Of a stretch of DNA of 64,000 nucleotides, positions 10,371-19,738 are shown piece after piece. The notes below the pieces were generated by a model that searched no databases, had not been told where the DNA came from, and was given only the letters and a program-made list of their open reading frames with translations. The DNA lies in the NCBI GenBank assembly GCA_049967475.1, contig JBMFSQ010000012.1:30883-94882 (forward strand), given 5' to 3'. The position numbers were made by a program, and so were the translations under genes. Each line of letters begins with the position of its first letter. The first letter of the stretch is position 1. This DNA is from Chthonomonadales bacterium (GTDB taxonomy: Bacteria > Armatimonadota > Chthonomonadetes > Chthonomonadales > CAJBBX01).

Positions 10371-11378
10371 CTAAGTAGTCTCGCCGATATGAAGCGTCAC
10401 CGGCATAGTCGTTACCGGCGGCACATTCTCGCCCTTTATGAGTTTGTGGATCACGTCAATCGCGGTTTCTGCTACTAAAGGCCATCCGGCCACTACAGTC
10501 GTCAGATCCTTCGCCATGACACGGCGGTCCAGAAGGCCATCGAAGCCGACGATGGCAAGATCCTCTGGTACCCGAATGCCTCGGATGCGGCATGCATGCA
10601 GCAGGTCCAGGGCGGTTACTTCGTTCCAGCAGCAGGCGGCGGTTGGCGGCGGGTTCATGGCCATCATCTGCTCGAGGGCCGGCGCGGTTATTTCGTATTC
10701 CACCAGCAGCCGGAGGGGCTCCCAGCCACGGAGCTCCATTTCGTGGCAATAAGCAGCTTCCCTCGCGCGAGCAGACGCCAAGGGAGTCGTAGGCGCCAGG
10801 AACGCGATGCGCGAATGACCGCGAGCCTCTAGGTGCTCCACAGCCATCCGGATGCCTCCGCGGTCGTCACATACTACTGAGGGCATATCCGGAATGGCAT
10901 CGGCCACGGCCACCACAGGAAGCTGCGAACGCTGAAGAAGCGGCACGAGGGGATCTTCGGCCGGGGAGTGAAGGACCAGGGCGTCAATCCGGCCGCACGT
11001 GAGTTCTGCAAGCTTTTGGATTGGGGTGACCTCGGGCTGGAAGTTGTGGAGGAGCAGAAAGTGCCCGCTGCGGGAACAACTGCTTTGAAGGCTGCCGATG
11101 ATCTCTGCAAGAAAGGCATTGCGCGCATCCAGATTGGCATAACAACTGCTGAAGCCCACCACGCGCGTCCGGCGCTCGCGCAGAGATCTGCCCACGGCAT
11201 GGGGACGGTACGCGAGGCGCTCTGCTTCTTGAAGGATGCGCCTGCGTGTCTCCGCCGAATACTGGTAACCAGGCGCATTGCTGAGCACGCGGGACACTGT
11301 GGACTGCGACACGCCGAGTTTGGCTGCGATCTGCCTGGCTGTGGTGCGGCTTTCCGAGTTGTTTGTACGGTTACGCAT
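10371..11378 (-). CDS. LacI-family transcriptional regulator
   Basis: [23 protein letters not shown], hinge [11 protein letters not shown]-terminal [11 protein letters not shown]. Confidence 0.95.
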   Translation of the reverse strand: MRNRTNNSESRTTARQIAAKLGVSQSTVSRVLSNAPGYQYSAETRRRILQEAERLAYRPHAVGRSLRERRTRVVGFSSCYANLDARNAFLAEIIGSLQSSCSRSGHFLLLHNFQPEVTPIQKLAELTCGRIDALVLHSPAEDPLVPLLQRSQLPVVAVADAIPDMPSVVCDDRGGIRMAVEHLEARGHSRIAFLAPTTPLASARAREAAYCHEMELRGWEPLRLLVEYEITAPALEQMMAMNPPPTAACCWNEVTALDLLHACRIRGIRVPEDLAIVGFDGLLDRRVMAKDLTTVVAGWPLVAETAIDVIHKLIKGENVPPVTTMPVTLHIGETT

Positions 11379-11387
11379 TCGAATGCA
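11374..11387. promoter_or_regulatory. Putative LacI operator over the lacI start codon
   Basis: cGCATTCGAATGCa, perfect 12-bp palindromic core. Confidence 0.65.
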
Positions 11388-11437
11388 TCGCGCCGATAAA
11401 GGCCAAAGCCGCCCAGATAAGGCTCCGCGTTGCAAAG

Positions 11438-11451
11438 TGCATACGAATGCA
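11438..11451. promoter_or_regulatory. Putative LacI operator at the lacI transcription start
   Basis: TGCATACGAATGCA abutting the -10 box. Confidence 0.75.
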
Positions 11452-11479
11452 TTATAGCGCAGCCGTTTCCCGCTGTCAA
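11451..11479 (-). promoter_or_regulatory. Consensus sigma70 promoter of lacI
   Basis: Minus strand reads TTGACA-N17-TATAAT exactly. Confidence 0.85.
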
Positions 11480-11789
11480 TACCCACCACGGTCTGCCGTC
11501 GCGCACGGAGAAAGGCCTAGTCTGGCTGCTGAGCGTATTGGCCCACAGAAGCCTGAGTACGAGGATGTTGACATCTGCCCAAGTGCCGCCGCCGAGATTG
11601 GATCCCTATAAATGCGTGCAACGAAGGAAAGCCCACCATGTGTGGTTGCACGGTGCAGCATCGCCGCATTAAGCCTTGGAGGCGGATCTCCTTTATCCCC
11701 GGTGAAGAGGAATTTCGGGATCCGATCCGCGAAGTACCCTTGGAACCAACCGGAATGCTCTTGCCGGCCTCGGAAGGAAAGGATCAGGG

Positions 11790-14700
11790 ATGCGTACAGG
11801 GATCATCGCCGTTCTCGCAATGGCCACAGGGAGCGTCTCCATGGCACAGACAGTTTTGACCCAACCGGACCCTGCGGAGCACTCGGGGTCCCGGCCTTAT
11901 GAGATGGTATGGGCCCACCGAGTGGAAACCGCGCCGCCTACCGTAACATTCTTTGACCTCAACGGTTGGACGATGCGTGTGGAAGGCGGCGCCCAAGCCG
12001 AGCTGAGGCCCAGCAGAGCCCAGGATGTATGGGGGCGTCCCGTGGGCCGCCTCCGCTACCGGGGGGACGGCTCGCGGAGCTCGCAGCCGCGCATCCTTCT
12101 GATTCCGGCTTCGCCGATCCCGCTGCCTCGAGATGCCGCCGGAAAGGTGGATTGTCTGGATATGTGGGTCTACGGCAACCGGTGGGATTGGGAGAACCCG
12201 CCGGACACCCCGCCCGTGCGCATCGTCCTGAACCTGCGTTCCGGCACCGGGGCAGACGTGCCGGTTGTGGTAGACACCATCCGCTGGAAAGAGTGGTGGC
12301 TCATGCACCGCAAACTTCCGGCCAACCTCACAGAGCCTGCATCCTTGATCTCCATCGAGGTAGACGGGGGATGGCAGCCGGAATGGCGGGAGCTGTATCT
12401 GGACTCGATCCGCTTCTACCATGAGGTATTGGCGCCCCTCCACTTCGCGCCGAGGCCAAAGCGCAACATTGCCCTGTTCCCCGGCCAGTCCCCAGGGGGC
12501 AACATTGGCCCTGGCCGGCTTCCGTTCCCTACGCGGGAAGAAACGATCCTGCCCTTACAGCTCACCCATCCATGGCGGAACGCGGTCCAGCAGGACCGGG
12601 ATGGGCAGGTTCACTTCATATATGAGGGTTCAGACGGGCGCTTGGAGTATCGTTTCGATCCGAAGGGCGGCATGCCCAGTCTCGCAGTGTGGATGAACGG
12701 CATCAAGGTTGGCCGCTTGCTGGATGGAGGCGGCGTGGTACTCGACGGGGCATCGCGCCCCACTCCCGCGGTTTTGGTCCGATCGGTTCTTCGGGGATCC
12801 CGCCTCAAAGCAGTGTACGCCGACGGAACGGAAGTCGCCCTGGCTATCCGGCAGAAATCCCTTCTGATGGACGTTGTGAACCGAACGGGTCGAGCCGCAG
12901 AGCTGACTTTCGGCTCGATTACGGGTCTGCATCAGCCGCAAGCGCTGTATGTACCCCCGATCACCTATGGCAGCACCAACCCTAGCTTCCTGATGTGCCG
13001 GGTAGGAAAGCGGACCCTCTTTGCCTCCATCATGCCCGATTGGTACCGTTCGAACGGATCGGAACTTTACGGCGCCGAGTACGCCTCAGGAGATCGCGCC
13101 CGCATCAACGGAGGCATTCGATACATCGCCAAAACCGATGGCAGGCGGAACCCGCTGTTTGAGCGCATCTTCATTACCGTGTCGCCAAGGTTCGAAGAGG
13201 TTCTTCCGGTTGTGCCGAACCCGGTGGGGTTGCATGCACGGATGGCGGTGGATCGCCTATGGCAGGAGTCGTGGGGTCCGTCGGATTATGCCGCGGAGAT
13301 GCGGCGGAGCGAAATGCTTCGCAGCTACGGCATCGCGCGTCTCATTCAGTGCAATCACGAAATCGCCTGGCGCGACGGCGGTGAGAGCTTCACCCTGCGC
13401 GTGCATGCCGCCCCGGCGAAGGGTGGCGACAAGGCCTTGCAGAACTTCGTCGCGCATCAGAAGGCTTTGGGGTGGCTCAGCGGCCTATATACCAATTACA
13501 CGGACTTTGCGCCGGTGAATGAACACTGGACGCCGGACGGCGTGCAGCGCCTTCCCGATGGAGAATGGCGCCCAGCGTGGCCCAGGTGCTGGGCCGAAAA
13601 GCCCATGAAGGCCGTTGAGTTCGAGGCGCTCCTTGCGCCTGAAATCGAGAAGCGGTACCGCTCGAACAGCGCCTATACGGATGTAAGCACGGCCGTGGCT
13701 CCATGGGGGTATTGCGATTATGATGCTCGGGTGCCTGGAGCCGGTACCTTTGCCCAAACCTTCTACTGCTACGGAGAACTCCTTCGGAATGATTCCAAAG
13801 TGTACCGGGGACCCATTTTCTCGGAGGGCACCTACCAATGGCTCTATGCCGGTCTCACCGACGGCAATTACGGACACACCTACAACGGCCGAAACCTCGC
13901 TACGGAGCCGCTCCTGCCCGTTTTCGATCTGTACCAGATCCATTCCAAGGAATGTGACATCGGCGTGAGTTGGACAAGCTTCTTTTGCGATGCCATTCCG
14001 AATTGGCAATCCCAGGAAAACATAGACCATGCCATTGACCGTTTTATCCTCACCACCATGGCGTACGGACACATCGGATGGCTGGTCGAAGAGGGACACG
14101 GTATCGGACGCACTTGCCGATCCTACTATATGCTCCAGCAGGTCCAGGCGCGCTATGGCCTACAAGTTCCGGTGCGCGTTGCCTATTGGGATGGAACAAG
14201 GCTTCGATCTGTGTCGCAAGCTCTGGTGCTTGGGCTTCCGGCATCCCGGCGGCAGCTCTATATAGAATATGCCAATGGTCTCAGGATGTGGCTGAACGAC
14301 CATCCCACGAAGGATTGGGTGATCCACGCCGGTTCCCGCCGTCTGGTGCTGCCACCGGCCGGTTGGGCGGCTTATCAGCCCGCAAAAGGAGGCCACGCGC
14401 ACGGCTTGTACACGTATTCGGCGCTCGTGGATGGCCATCGAGCGGATTACGTCACGAGCGACGCATATGTCTATCTCGATGGGCGCGGCCGATGGTTCTC
14501 AGCGACTGAGGCGGCATCCAGCGGCGCCCTGGCCATCCGAAAAACGGGGCCTCAATCACTTGAAGTAATCCACATAACCGGCGAGGATCGCTTCGTGGTG
14601 CGCCGACCCTACGGAGTGACCGGATCCCTCGTAAAGTGCACCGTGTATGACGCAGCGGGCAAGAAGCTCGCCTCGCCCGTTGTTTACGATGCGGGGAGCA

Positions 14701-15812
14701 GTTCATGGATCACTCCCGTGCCCGGCGGCGTACGGTACGTCCTTACCTTTTCGGGTAAGCGGACCTGGTCTCTCGTACCTGGAGCCGAGGAGGCGGCTGC
14801 GGGAGCAACGGTTCCCGTGTTCGTGCGCGGCGCGCCAAAGGCTCGTATCGGCACAACGGCCGGGATCGTGCGGGACAAGGCAGTGATCCTTCCTACAGCC
14901 GTGGAACCCGGATCCGCGGTGACGGTGACCGCCCGGGTCGGCGGAGCAGAACGATCTGCAGTGATCCGAGTTTGTCCGCCGGTTGAATGGCAAGCATCTC
15001 TCATAAGCGTGGAACCCGAAGCAACCCTGTTGAGGCTTCTTCCTTCATGGCATCTGGCAGGGTTGCCGTTGGCAAAGTGCCGCATCGAGTTCGAACTACC
15101 CCAGGGATGGTCCGCAGAACCCCAAAGTCTGGAGTTTAATGGAGACCGCCCTCCATCGGGAATATCCTTGAAGGTGTCGTCGTCTGCTCCGGCCGGGGCG
15201 CGAGGCGACCTTGTAGTAACCGTTCGAGGAATGGGGTGGAGGCATGTGTGGCGGCAGCCGCTGGAGCGCGCCGAGGAGCGTCCCATTCTTGCGGACGTGC
15301 GGCAGCTTTTGGCAGGTTGGGGAATTGCCCGGCGAGGTGATCCTGAAAGCACGGATGTGGCCGGCTCTGGGGCAACCTGCGCCGTTCAGGACGACCTGCC
15401 GGTAGGCGGGCAAAGCCGCAAAGGCATTTTTATGCATCCCCCATACCAGGGCGGGGTCGGGTACACCTGGGCGGAGCTGAAGTCCGTGCGTTTGCCCAAC
15501 GGTCCGTGCGCATTCCACTCGTTCATTGGCCTGAAGGACGGCGGAGATCCCAGCGACGGCGTTCTGTTCAGCGTGGAGCTGGTGGACGCCAAGGGTAGCC
15601 GCCATGTCCTTGCATCCCGCATGGGATACCAAAAGAAGTGGGAAGAACTTTCAGCGGACCTTTCGGCCTATGCCGGCCGGGAGGTACGGTTGCGGCTGAT
15701 CGCAGACGTGGGTCCGGCGGACAATTCAACGGCGGATTGGGCCTGTTGGGGTGACCCTGTGATCCGCCGCTCTACCCTGAGTGTGGTAACGCGTCCAGCG
15801 TCTCATCCGTGA
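11790..15812 (+). CDS. Large secreted protein (1340 aa): putative glycoside hydrolase core with C-terminal NPCBM/NEW2-like module
   Basis: Signal peptide; RBS AAAGGA; core motifs GLYTNYTD, YTDVSTA, IFSEG; C-terminal GIFMHPP...IGLKD...SDGVLFSV...DWACWGDP. Confidence 0.6.
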   Translation: MRTGIIAVLAMATGSVSMAQTVLTQPDPAEHSGSRPYEMVWAHRVETAPPTVTFFDLNGWTMRVEGGAQAELRPSRAQDVWGRPVGRLRYRGDGSRSSQPRILLIPASPIPLPRDAAGKVDCLDMWVYGNRWDWENPPDTPPVRIVLNLRSGTGADVPVVVDTIRWKEWWLMHRKLPANLTEPASLISIEVDGGWQPEWRELYLDSIRFYHEVLAPLHFAPRPKRNIALFPGQSPGGNIGPGRLPFPTREETILPLQLTHPWRNAVQQDRDGQVHFIYEGSDGRLEYRFDPKGGMPSLAVWMNGIKVGRLLDGGGVVLDGASRPTPAVLVRSVLRGSRLKAVYADGTEVALAIRQKSLLMDVVNRTGRAAELTFGSITGLHQPQALYVPPITYGSTNPSFLMCRVGKRTLFASIMPDWYRSNGSELYGAEYASGDRARINGGIRYIAKTDGRRNPLFERIFITVSPRFEEVLPVVPNPVGLHARMAVDRLWQESWGPSDYAAEMRRSEMLRSYGIARLIQCNHEIAWRDGGESFTLRVHAAPAKGGDKALQNFVAHQKALGWLSGLYTNYTDFAPVNEHWTPDGVQRLPDGEWRPAWPRCWAEKPMKAVEFEALLAPEIEKRYRSNSAYTDVSTAVAPWGYCDYDARVPGAGTFAQTFYCYGELLRNDSKVYRGPIFSEGTYQWLYAGLTDGNYGHTYNGRNLATEPLLPVFDLYQIHSKECDIGVSWTSFFCDAIPNWQSQENIDHAIDRFILTTMAYGHIGWLVEEGHGIGRTCRSYYMLQQVQARYGLQVPVRVAYWDGTRLRSVSQALVLGLPASRRQLYIEYANGLRMWLNDHPTKDWVIHAGSRRLVLPPAGWAAYQPAKGGHAHGLYTYSALVDGHRADYVTSDAYVYLDGRGRWFSATEAASSGALAIRKTGPQSLEVIHITGEDRFVVRRPYGVTGSLVKCTVYDAAGKKLASPVVYDAGSSSWITPVPGGVRYVLTFSGKRTWSLVPGAEEAAAGATVPVFVRGAPKARIGTTAGIVRDKAVILPTAVEPGSAVTVTARVGGAERSAVIRVCPPVEWQASLISVEPEATLLRLLPSWHLAGLPLAKCRIEFELPQGWSAEPQSLEFNGDRPPSGISLKVSSSAPAGARGDLVVTVRGMGWRHVWRQPLERAEERPILADVRQLLAGWGIARRGDPESTDVAGSGATCAVQDDLPVGGQSRKGIFMHPPYQGGVGYTWAELKSVRLPNGPCAFHSFIGLKDGGDPSDGVLFSVELVDAKGSRHVLASRMGYQKKWEELSADLSAYAGREVRLRLIADVGPADNSTADWACWGDPVIRRSTLSVVTRPASHP

Positions 15813-16028
15813 AGCGCCGAGCCTGGCCTTGGGGCGCCCTGGAGGATCTGTGGCGTGCCTCAACGGATGCCGGTTTTCGCAACCTCGGCCGCATCGGGAG
15901 CCGCGTGAGAGGATGATCACGGATGAGGGGAAAGGGCAGGACTGTTACAAGTGCGCCGGCGCGTGCGGGAAGGCGTGGGCCGCTCGATACGCAAACCGCC
16001 AGGCACCCTGGCATTCAAAGGGTGGAGG

Positions 16029-16349
16029 CTACTCTACTTCGGGCTTCTGAGGCAGCCGGTCTAGTGCCTCGAGTTCATAGTGGAAGTTCACCATCTCTTC
16101 AATGGTGATCTGGCCCAGGGCATCGAAGCGGGCCTTCTCTTCGGGAGTGATCTCCGACACTTTGTCCTCTAGGAGGGCATCGCTCCAGTCTTCCTGTTTT
16201 ATGAAGTGCTCGCCGAGCTTCTTGCACCGTGAGCAGCGGAACTTGATGTACACGTAACTTGGGCCGAATTGGCGAACGTAGTACCCCTGTTGCATAATGT
16301 CCCGGGAGAAGATGCGCTGGCCGCAATGGCATCTGAGAGTAGTCTTCAT
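16029..16349 (-). CDS. Hypothetical zinc-ribbon protein (CxCG...CxxC)
   Basis: LRCHCGQ and FRCSRCKK; RBS GGAGG; own extended -10 upstream. Confidence 0.75.
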   Translation of the reverse strand: MKTTLRCHCGQRIFSRDIMQQGYYVRQFGPSYVYIKFRCSRCKKLGEHFIKQEDWSDALLEDKVSEITPEEKARFDALGQITIEEMVNFHYELEALDRLPQKPEVE

Positions 16350-16406
16350 TCTGCCGCTGCCTCCGGAAAAGGCGTGTCTGTAACGGGGCGGAGCCCCCGC
16401 AGGTTG

Positions 16407-16415
16407 ATTATACCA
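16407..16415 (-). promoter_or_regulatory. Extended -10 promoter for the zinc-ribbon gene
   Basis: TGGTATAAT on the minus strand in the pdhC-16349 gap. Confidence 0.5.
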
Positions 16416-16436
16416 CAGTTGATCTGAAGCTGCTCC

Positions 16437-17672
16437 TCAGGAAACAAGCTCATAGGGGTTCTCCAGCAAGCGCTTGACTTCTTGCAGAAACCGCGCTCCC
16501 AAGAGGCCGTCCACGGCCCGGTGATCGCAGGAGAGCGTCACACGCATCCGATGGCGGGTTTGGAATGACCCGTCGGGCGCCGCCATCACCTCGGGGGCGA
16601 CTGCTCCAACCGCCAAGATCGCCGCTTCGGGCGGATTGATGATGGCGGCGAACTCCTCGATGCCGAACATTCCGAGGTTCGTTACGCTGAACGTCCCTCC
16701 CGACATCTGCTGGGGTGTGAGCGATCCCGATCGCGCCAGCTCGATGAGACGCTTGGCTTCGGCGGAAATCTGCCTGAGGGTCTTGGTGTGGCACTCCGGT
16801 ATCACAGGAAGGGTGAGGCCGTTATCCGTTCCTACGGCGATACCGATATTGACCGTGTGGTATTGACGGATGCGGTCCTCAGGCGTATAGCTGACGTTCA
16901 CCTCAGGAAACTTTACCAGGGCTTGCGCACACGCCTTTACCACGAGGTCATTCACCGAGATTTTGTCGGCCGGGGTGGCGGCATTCATTTCCTCGCGCAG
17001 GCGTAAGGCCGCATCCATGTCGATCGGCATGGTCAAGTAGAAATGCGGCACAGTCTGTTTACTCAAGGTTGTGCGCCGGGCAATGGCTTTGCGCATGCGG
17101 CCCACTTCCCGATCGGTGCCCTCCAGACTGGGGGCCAAAGGCGCAGGCGGCGTACCGGGAAGTTCGGGCTGAGGGATGCCGCTCTGCACAAATGCCGTAA
17201 TGTCGCGCTCGACTACGCGGCCGCCTGGCCCCGTTCCGCGGATTTTGGCAAGGTCAATATTGAGCTCACGCGCCATGCGCCTTGCCAACGGAGAAGCCTT
17301 GATGCGTTCTGCTTCGGGTTCACCCACAACAGGTGCTTGGGATGCAGGCGTTCGGATCCCCTGCGAAGAGGCGAACGTGCTCTCGGGCGCCGTTGCCGCA
17401 GGGGAACCGGCATCCTCCTTGGGAGGCGTCTCACTTTCGGAGGAACCTACGATGGCAATAACCGCCCCCACGGGAACGGTTTGGCCTTCAGCAACGAGGA
17501 TGCGGGTCAGGACGCCCGCTTCCTCCGCCGGGATTTCGACGTTGGCTTTATCAGTCTCGATCTCAGCAATGGGTTCGTCGGCGGTGAGGATATCGCCTTC
17601 CTTCTTGAGCCAGCGCAGGATAGTGCCTTCCTCCATGCCATCGCCCATCTTGGGCATACGGATCTCTGCCAT
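16437..17672 (-). CDS. pdhC: Pyruvate dehydrogenase E2, dihydrolipoamide acetyltransferase
   Basis: Lipoyl motif IETDKA, subunit-binding ASPLARRMA, catalytic DHRAVDG. Confidence 0.95.
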   Translation of the reverse strand: MAEIRMPKMGDGMEEGTILRWLKKEGDILTADEPIAEIETDKANVEIPAEEAGVLTRILVAEGQTVPVGAVIAIVGSSESETPPKEDAGSPAATAPESTFASSQGIRTPASQAPVVGEPEAERIKASPLARRMARELNIDLAKIRGTGPGGRVVERDITAFVQSGIPQPELPGTPPAPLAPSLEGTDREVGRMRKAIARRTTLSKQTVPHFYLTMPIDMDAALRLREEMNAATPADKISVNDLVVKACAQALVKFPEVNVSYTPEDRIRQYHTVNIGIAVGTDNGLTLPVIPECHTKTLRQISAEAKRLIELARSGSLTPQQMSGGTFSVTNLGMFGIEEFAAIINPPEAAILAVGAVAPEVMAAPDGSFQTRHRMRVTLSCDHRAVDGLLGARFLQEVKRLLENPYELVS

Positions 17673-17705
17673 AAGTCCTCCAATGAAGCGTCATGATCAG
17701 GCAAT

Positions 17706-18683
17706 TCAAGCCAGGGTGCGCTTTACGGCCGCGATGACGTCATTCTCCGCAGGGATCGCCGCGCGCTCCAGGTTTTTGGCATAGGGCATGGGAACGTCGG
17801 GCCCCGCGACGCGCTCTACAGGAGCATCCAGATCATCGAAGGCCATTTCGTAGATGCGTGCGGCCAATTCCGACACCATGCTCACATTCTTCCATTCGCC
17901 CTGTGCCACGACGGCGCGGTGCGTCTTGCGCACGGAAGCAACGACGGTGTCCATATCCAGGGGTACCAGTGTGCGCAGATCAATAACCTCACACTCAATT
18001 CCCTCGCGGGCAAGGGTGTCGGCGGCGCGCAGGCACACCGTAAGCATATGGGAATAGCTGACGACGGTAACGTGTTCCCCGGGTCGCCGGACAACGGCTT
18101 TACCGAAGGGGACAGTGAATTCCGGATCCTCAGGAACCTCGCCGCGCTGGGCGTAGAGGCCATGGTGTTCCATAAAGATCACAGGGTTCGGATCCCGTAT
18201 GGCGGTCTTGAGAAGCCCCTTAGCGTCTGCCGGGTTGGAGGGTGTTGCTACTTTGAGGCCGGGTATGTGGGCATACCAAGCTTCGAGGCTTTGGGAGTGC
18301 TGGGCCGAGAGCTGACCGCCTACACCGGCCGGTCCGCGAAACACTACGGGACATGTAACGCGGCCTCCGGACATGTAGGTGATCTTGGCGGCGTGATTGA
18401 CGATCTGATCCATAGCCTCTAGGGCGAACGACCAGGTCATGAACTCAGCGATGGGCCTCAATCCTGCCATGGCGGCGCCGGTTGCGAGGCCGGCGATGCC
18501 GATTTCGCTGATCGGGGTGTCCAGCACGCGCTTAGGTCCAAAGCGCTGAAGCAATCCCTCGGTAACCCTGAACGTTCCCTGATATCGGCCCACCTCTTCG
18601 CCGCAAATGAAGACGTTTGGGTCCCGCTCCATCTCTTCTGTGAGGGCAAGGCGCAGAGCCTCACCGTAACGCATCACCGGCAT
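17706..18683 (-). CDS. pdhB: Pyruvate dehydrogenase E1 beta subunit
   Basis: DTPISE, AQHSQ, EVIDLRTL. Confidence 0.95.
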   Translation of the reverse strand: MPVMRYGEALRLALTEEMERDPNVFICGEEVGRYQGTFRVTEGLLQRFGPKRVLDTPISEIGIAGLATGAAMAGLRPIAEFMTWSFALEAMDQIVNHAAKITYMSGGRVTCPVVFRGPAGVGGQLSAQHSQSLEAWYAHIPGLKVATPSNPADAKGLLKTAIRDPNPVIFMEHHGLYAQRGEVPEDPEFTVPFGKAVVRRPGEHVTVVSYSHMLTVCLRAADTLAREGIECEVIDLRTLVPLDMDTVVASVRKTHRAVVAQGEWKNVSMVSELAARIYEMAFDDLDAPVERVAGPDVPMPYAKNLERAAIPAENDVIAAVKRTLA

Positions 18684-18697
18684 CGCCGCCTCCTACC

Positions 18698-19705
18698 TCA
18701 AGCGAATACGTTTTCGAAAAGTGCGTCCACCGGGGGCTCGGGGCTCTGTTCCGCAAAACGGATTGCGTCTTCTATCTGTTGGCGGACTTCGGCGTCTATG
18801 CGCTCGGCCTCGTCGGAGGTCAAGACACCCCAATCCTCGAGCTTCGCGCGGAAGGTTACCACAGGATCCCGGCGCTTCCACTCTTCGATCTCAGCCTCAC
18901 TGCGGTAGAAGCGTTGCTGAGTAGGATTGTCGGCTACTCCGTGCCCGGAATACCGGTAGCATACCGCCTCGATGAAATAAGGTTCTCCCGTACGGCGCAT
19001 CTCGGCGAGCACGCGCTGGGCCGTTTGGCGCACCGCCAAAACATCCATCCCGTCTATGCGCTCACCTTGCACCCCATGAGCCCGAGCCTTTAGGGGGAGA
19101 TCGGGCTGGCCGGTGGAGCACGAGATAGGGGTACCCATGGCATATTGGTTGTTCTCAACAACGTAGAGCACAGGAAGCTTATAGAGCCCTGCCATATTGA
19201 GGGCCTCGTGGACACCGCCCTGGTTCATGGCTCCATCCCCGATGAAGCATACGCATACGTTGTCGGTGCCGCGGTATTTGATCGCGTAGCCTACGCCGGT
19301 TGCCACGGGTACCGGCCCCCCTACGATGCCGTCGCCCCCCAAAAAGCCGCGATCGGGGTCAATCAGATGCATGGAACCGCCCTTGCCGCCCGCGCATCCT
19401 GTAGCGCGCCCCATGAGCTCCGCCATCAAGGCCCGGGGGTCACTGCCGCAGGCAAGGGCATGGCCATGATCTCGGTACGAACTCAGTACGTAATCCCCGG
19501 GGAGGCGAAGCAAAGGTATGATGCCTGCTGCGATGGCTTCCTGACCGATATACAGATGGAGATACCCGCCGATTTTGGCCTCACGAAACTTTCGGTTGAG
19601 CGGTTCCTCGAACCGGCGAATGAGGAGCATGAGTTTATAGATGGACAGAAGTTCGTTTTTGTTAAGCTCGCCGCTAACACTATGAGAAAGGGCTGCTTTT
19701 GCCAT
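18698..19705 (-). CDS. pdhA: Pyruvate dehydrogenase E1 alpha subunit
   Basis: HLYIGQEA, GKGGSMH, TPP motif GDGA...NN, YRYSGH. Confidence 0.95.
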   Translation of the reverse strand: MAKAALSHSVSGELNKNELLSIYKLMLLIRRFEEPLNRKFREAKIGGYLHLYIGQEAIAAGIIPLLRLPGDYVLSSYRDHGHALACGSDPRALMAELMGRATGCAGGKGGSMHLIDPDRGFLGGDGIVGGPVPVATGVGYAIKYRGTDNVCVCFIGDGAMNQGGVHEALNMAGLYKLPVLYVVENNQYAMGTPISCSTGQPDLPLKARAHGVQGERIDGMDVLAVRQTAQRVLAEMRRTGEPYFIEAVCYRYSGHGVADNPTQQRFYRSEAEIEEWKRRDPVVTFRAKLEDWGVLTSDEAERIDAEVRQQIEDAIRFAEQSPEPPVDALFENVFA

Positions 19706-19738
19706 GTTCAAAACCCCTTGCTGGTGCTCTGCGCCGGA

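Noticed and set aside
11490..11790. Possible riboswitch or ncRNA in long intergenic gaps (also 33380-33620, 38070-38600, 48400-48650)
   Set aside because: No conserved aptamer motif recognised by eye; an Rfam covariance search would be needed
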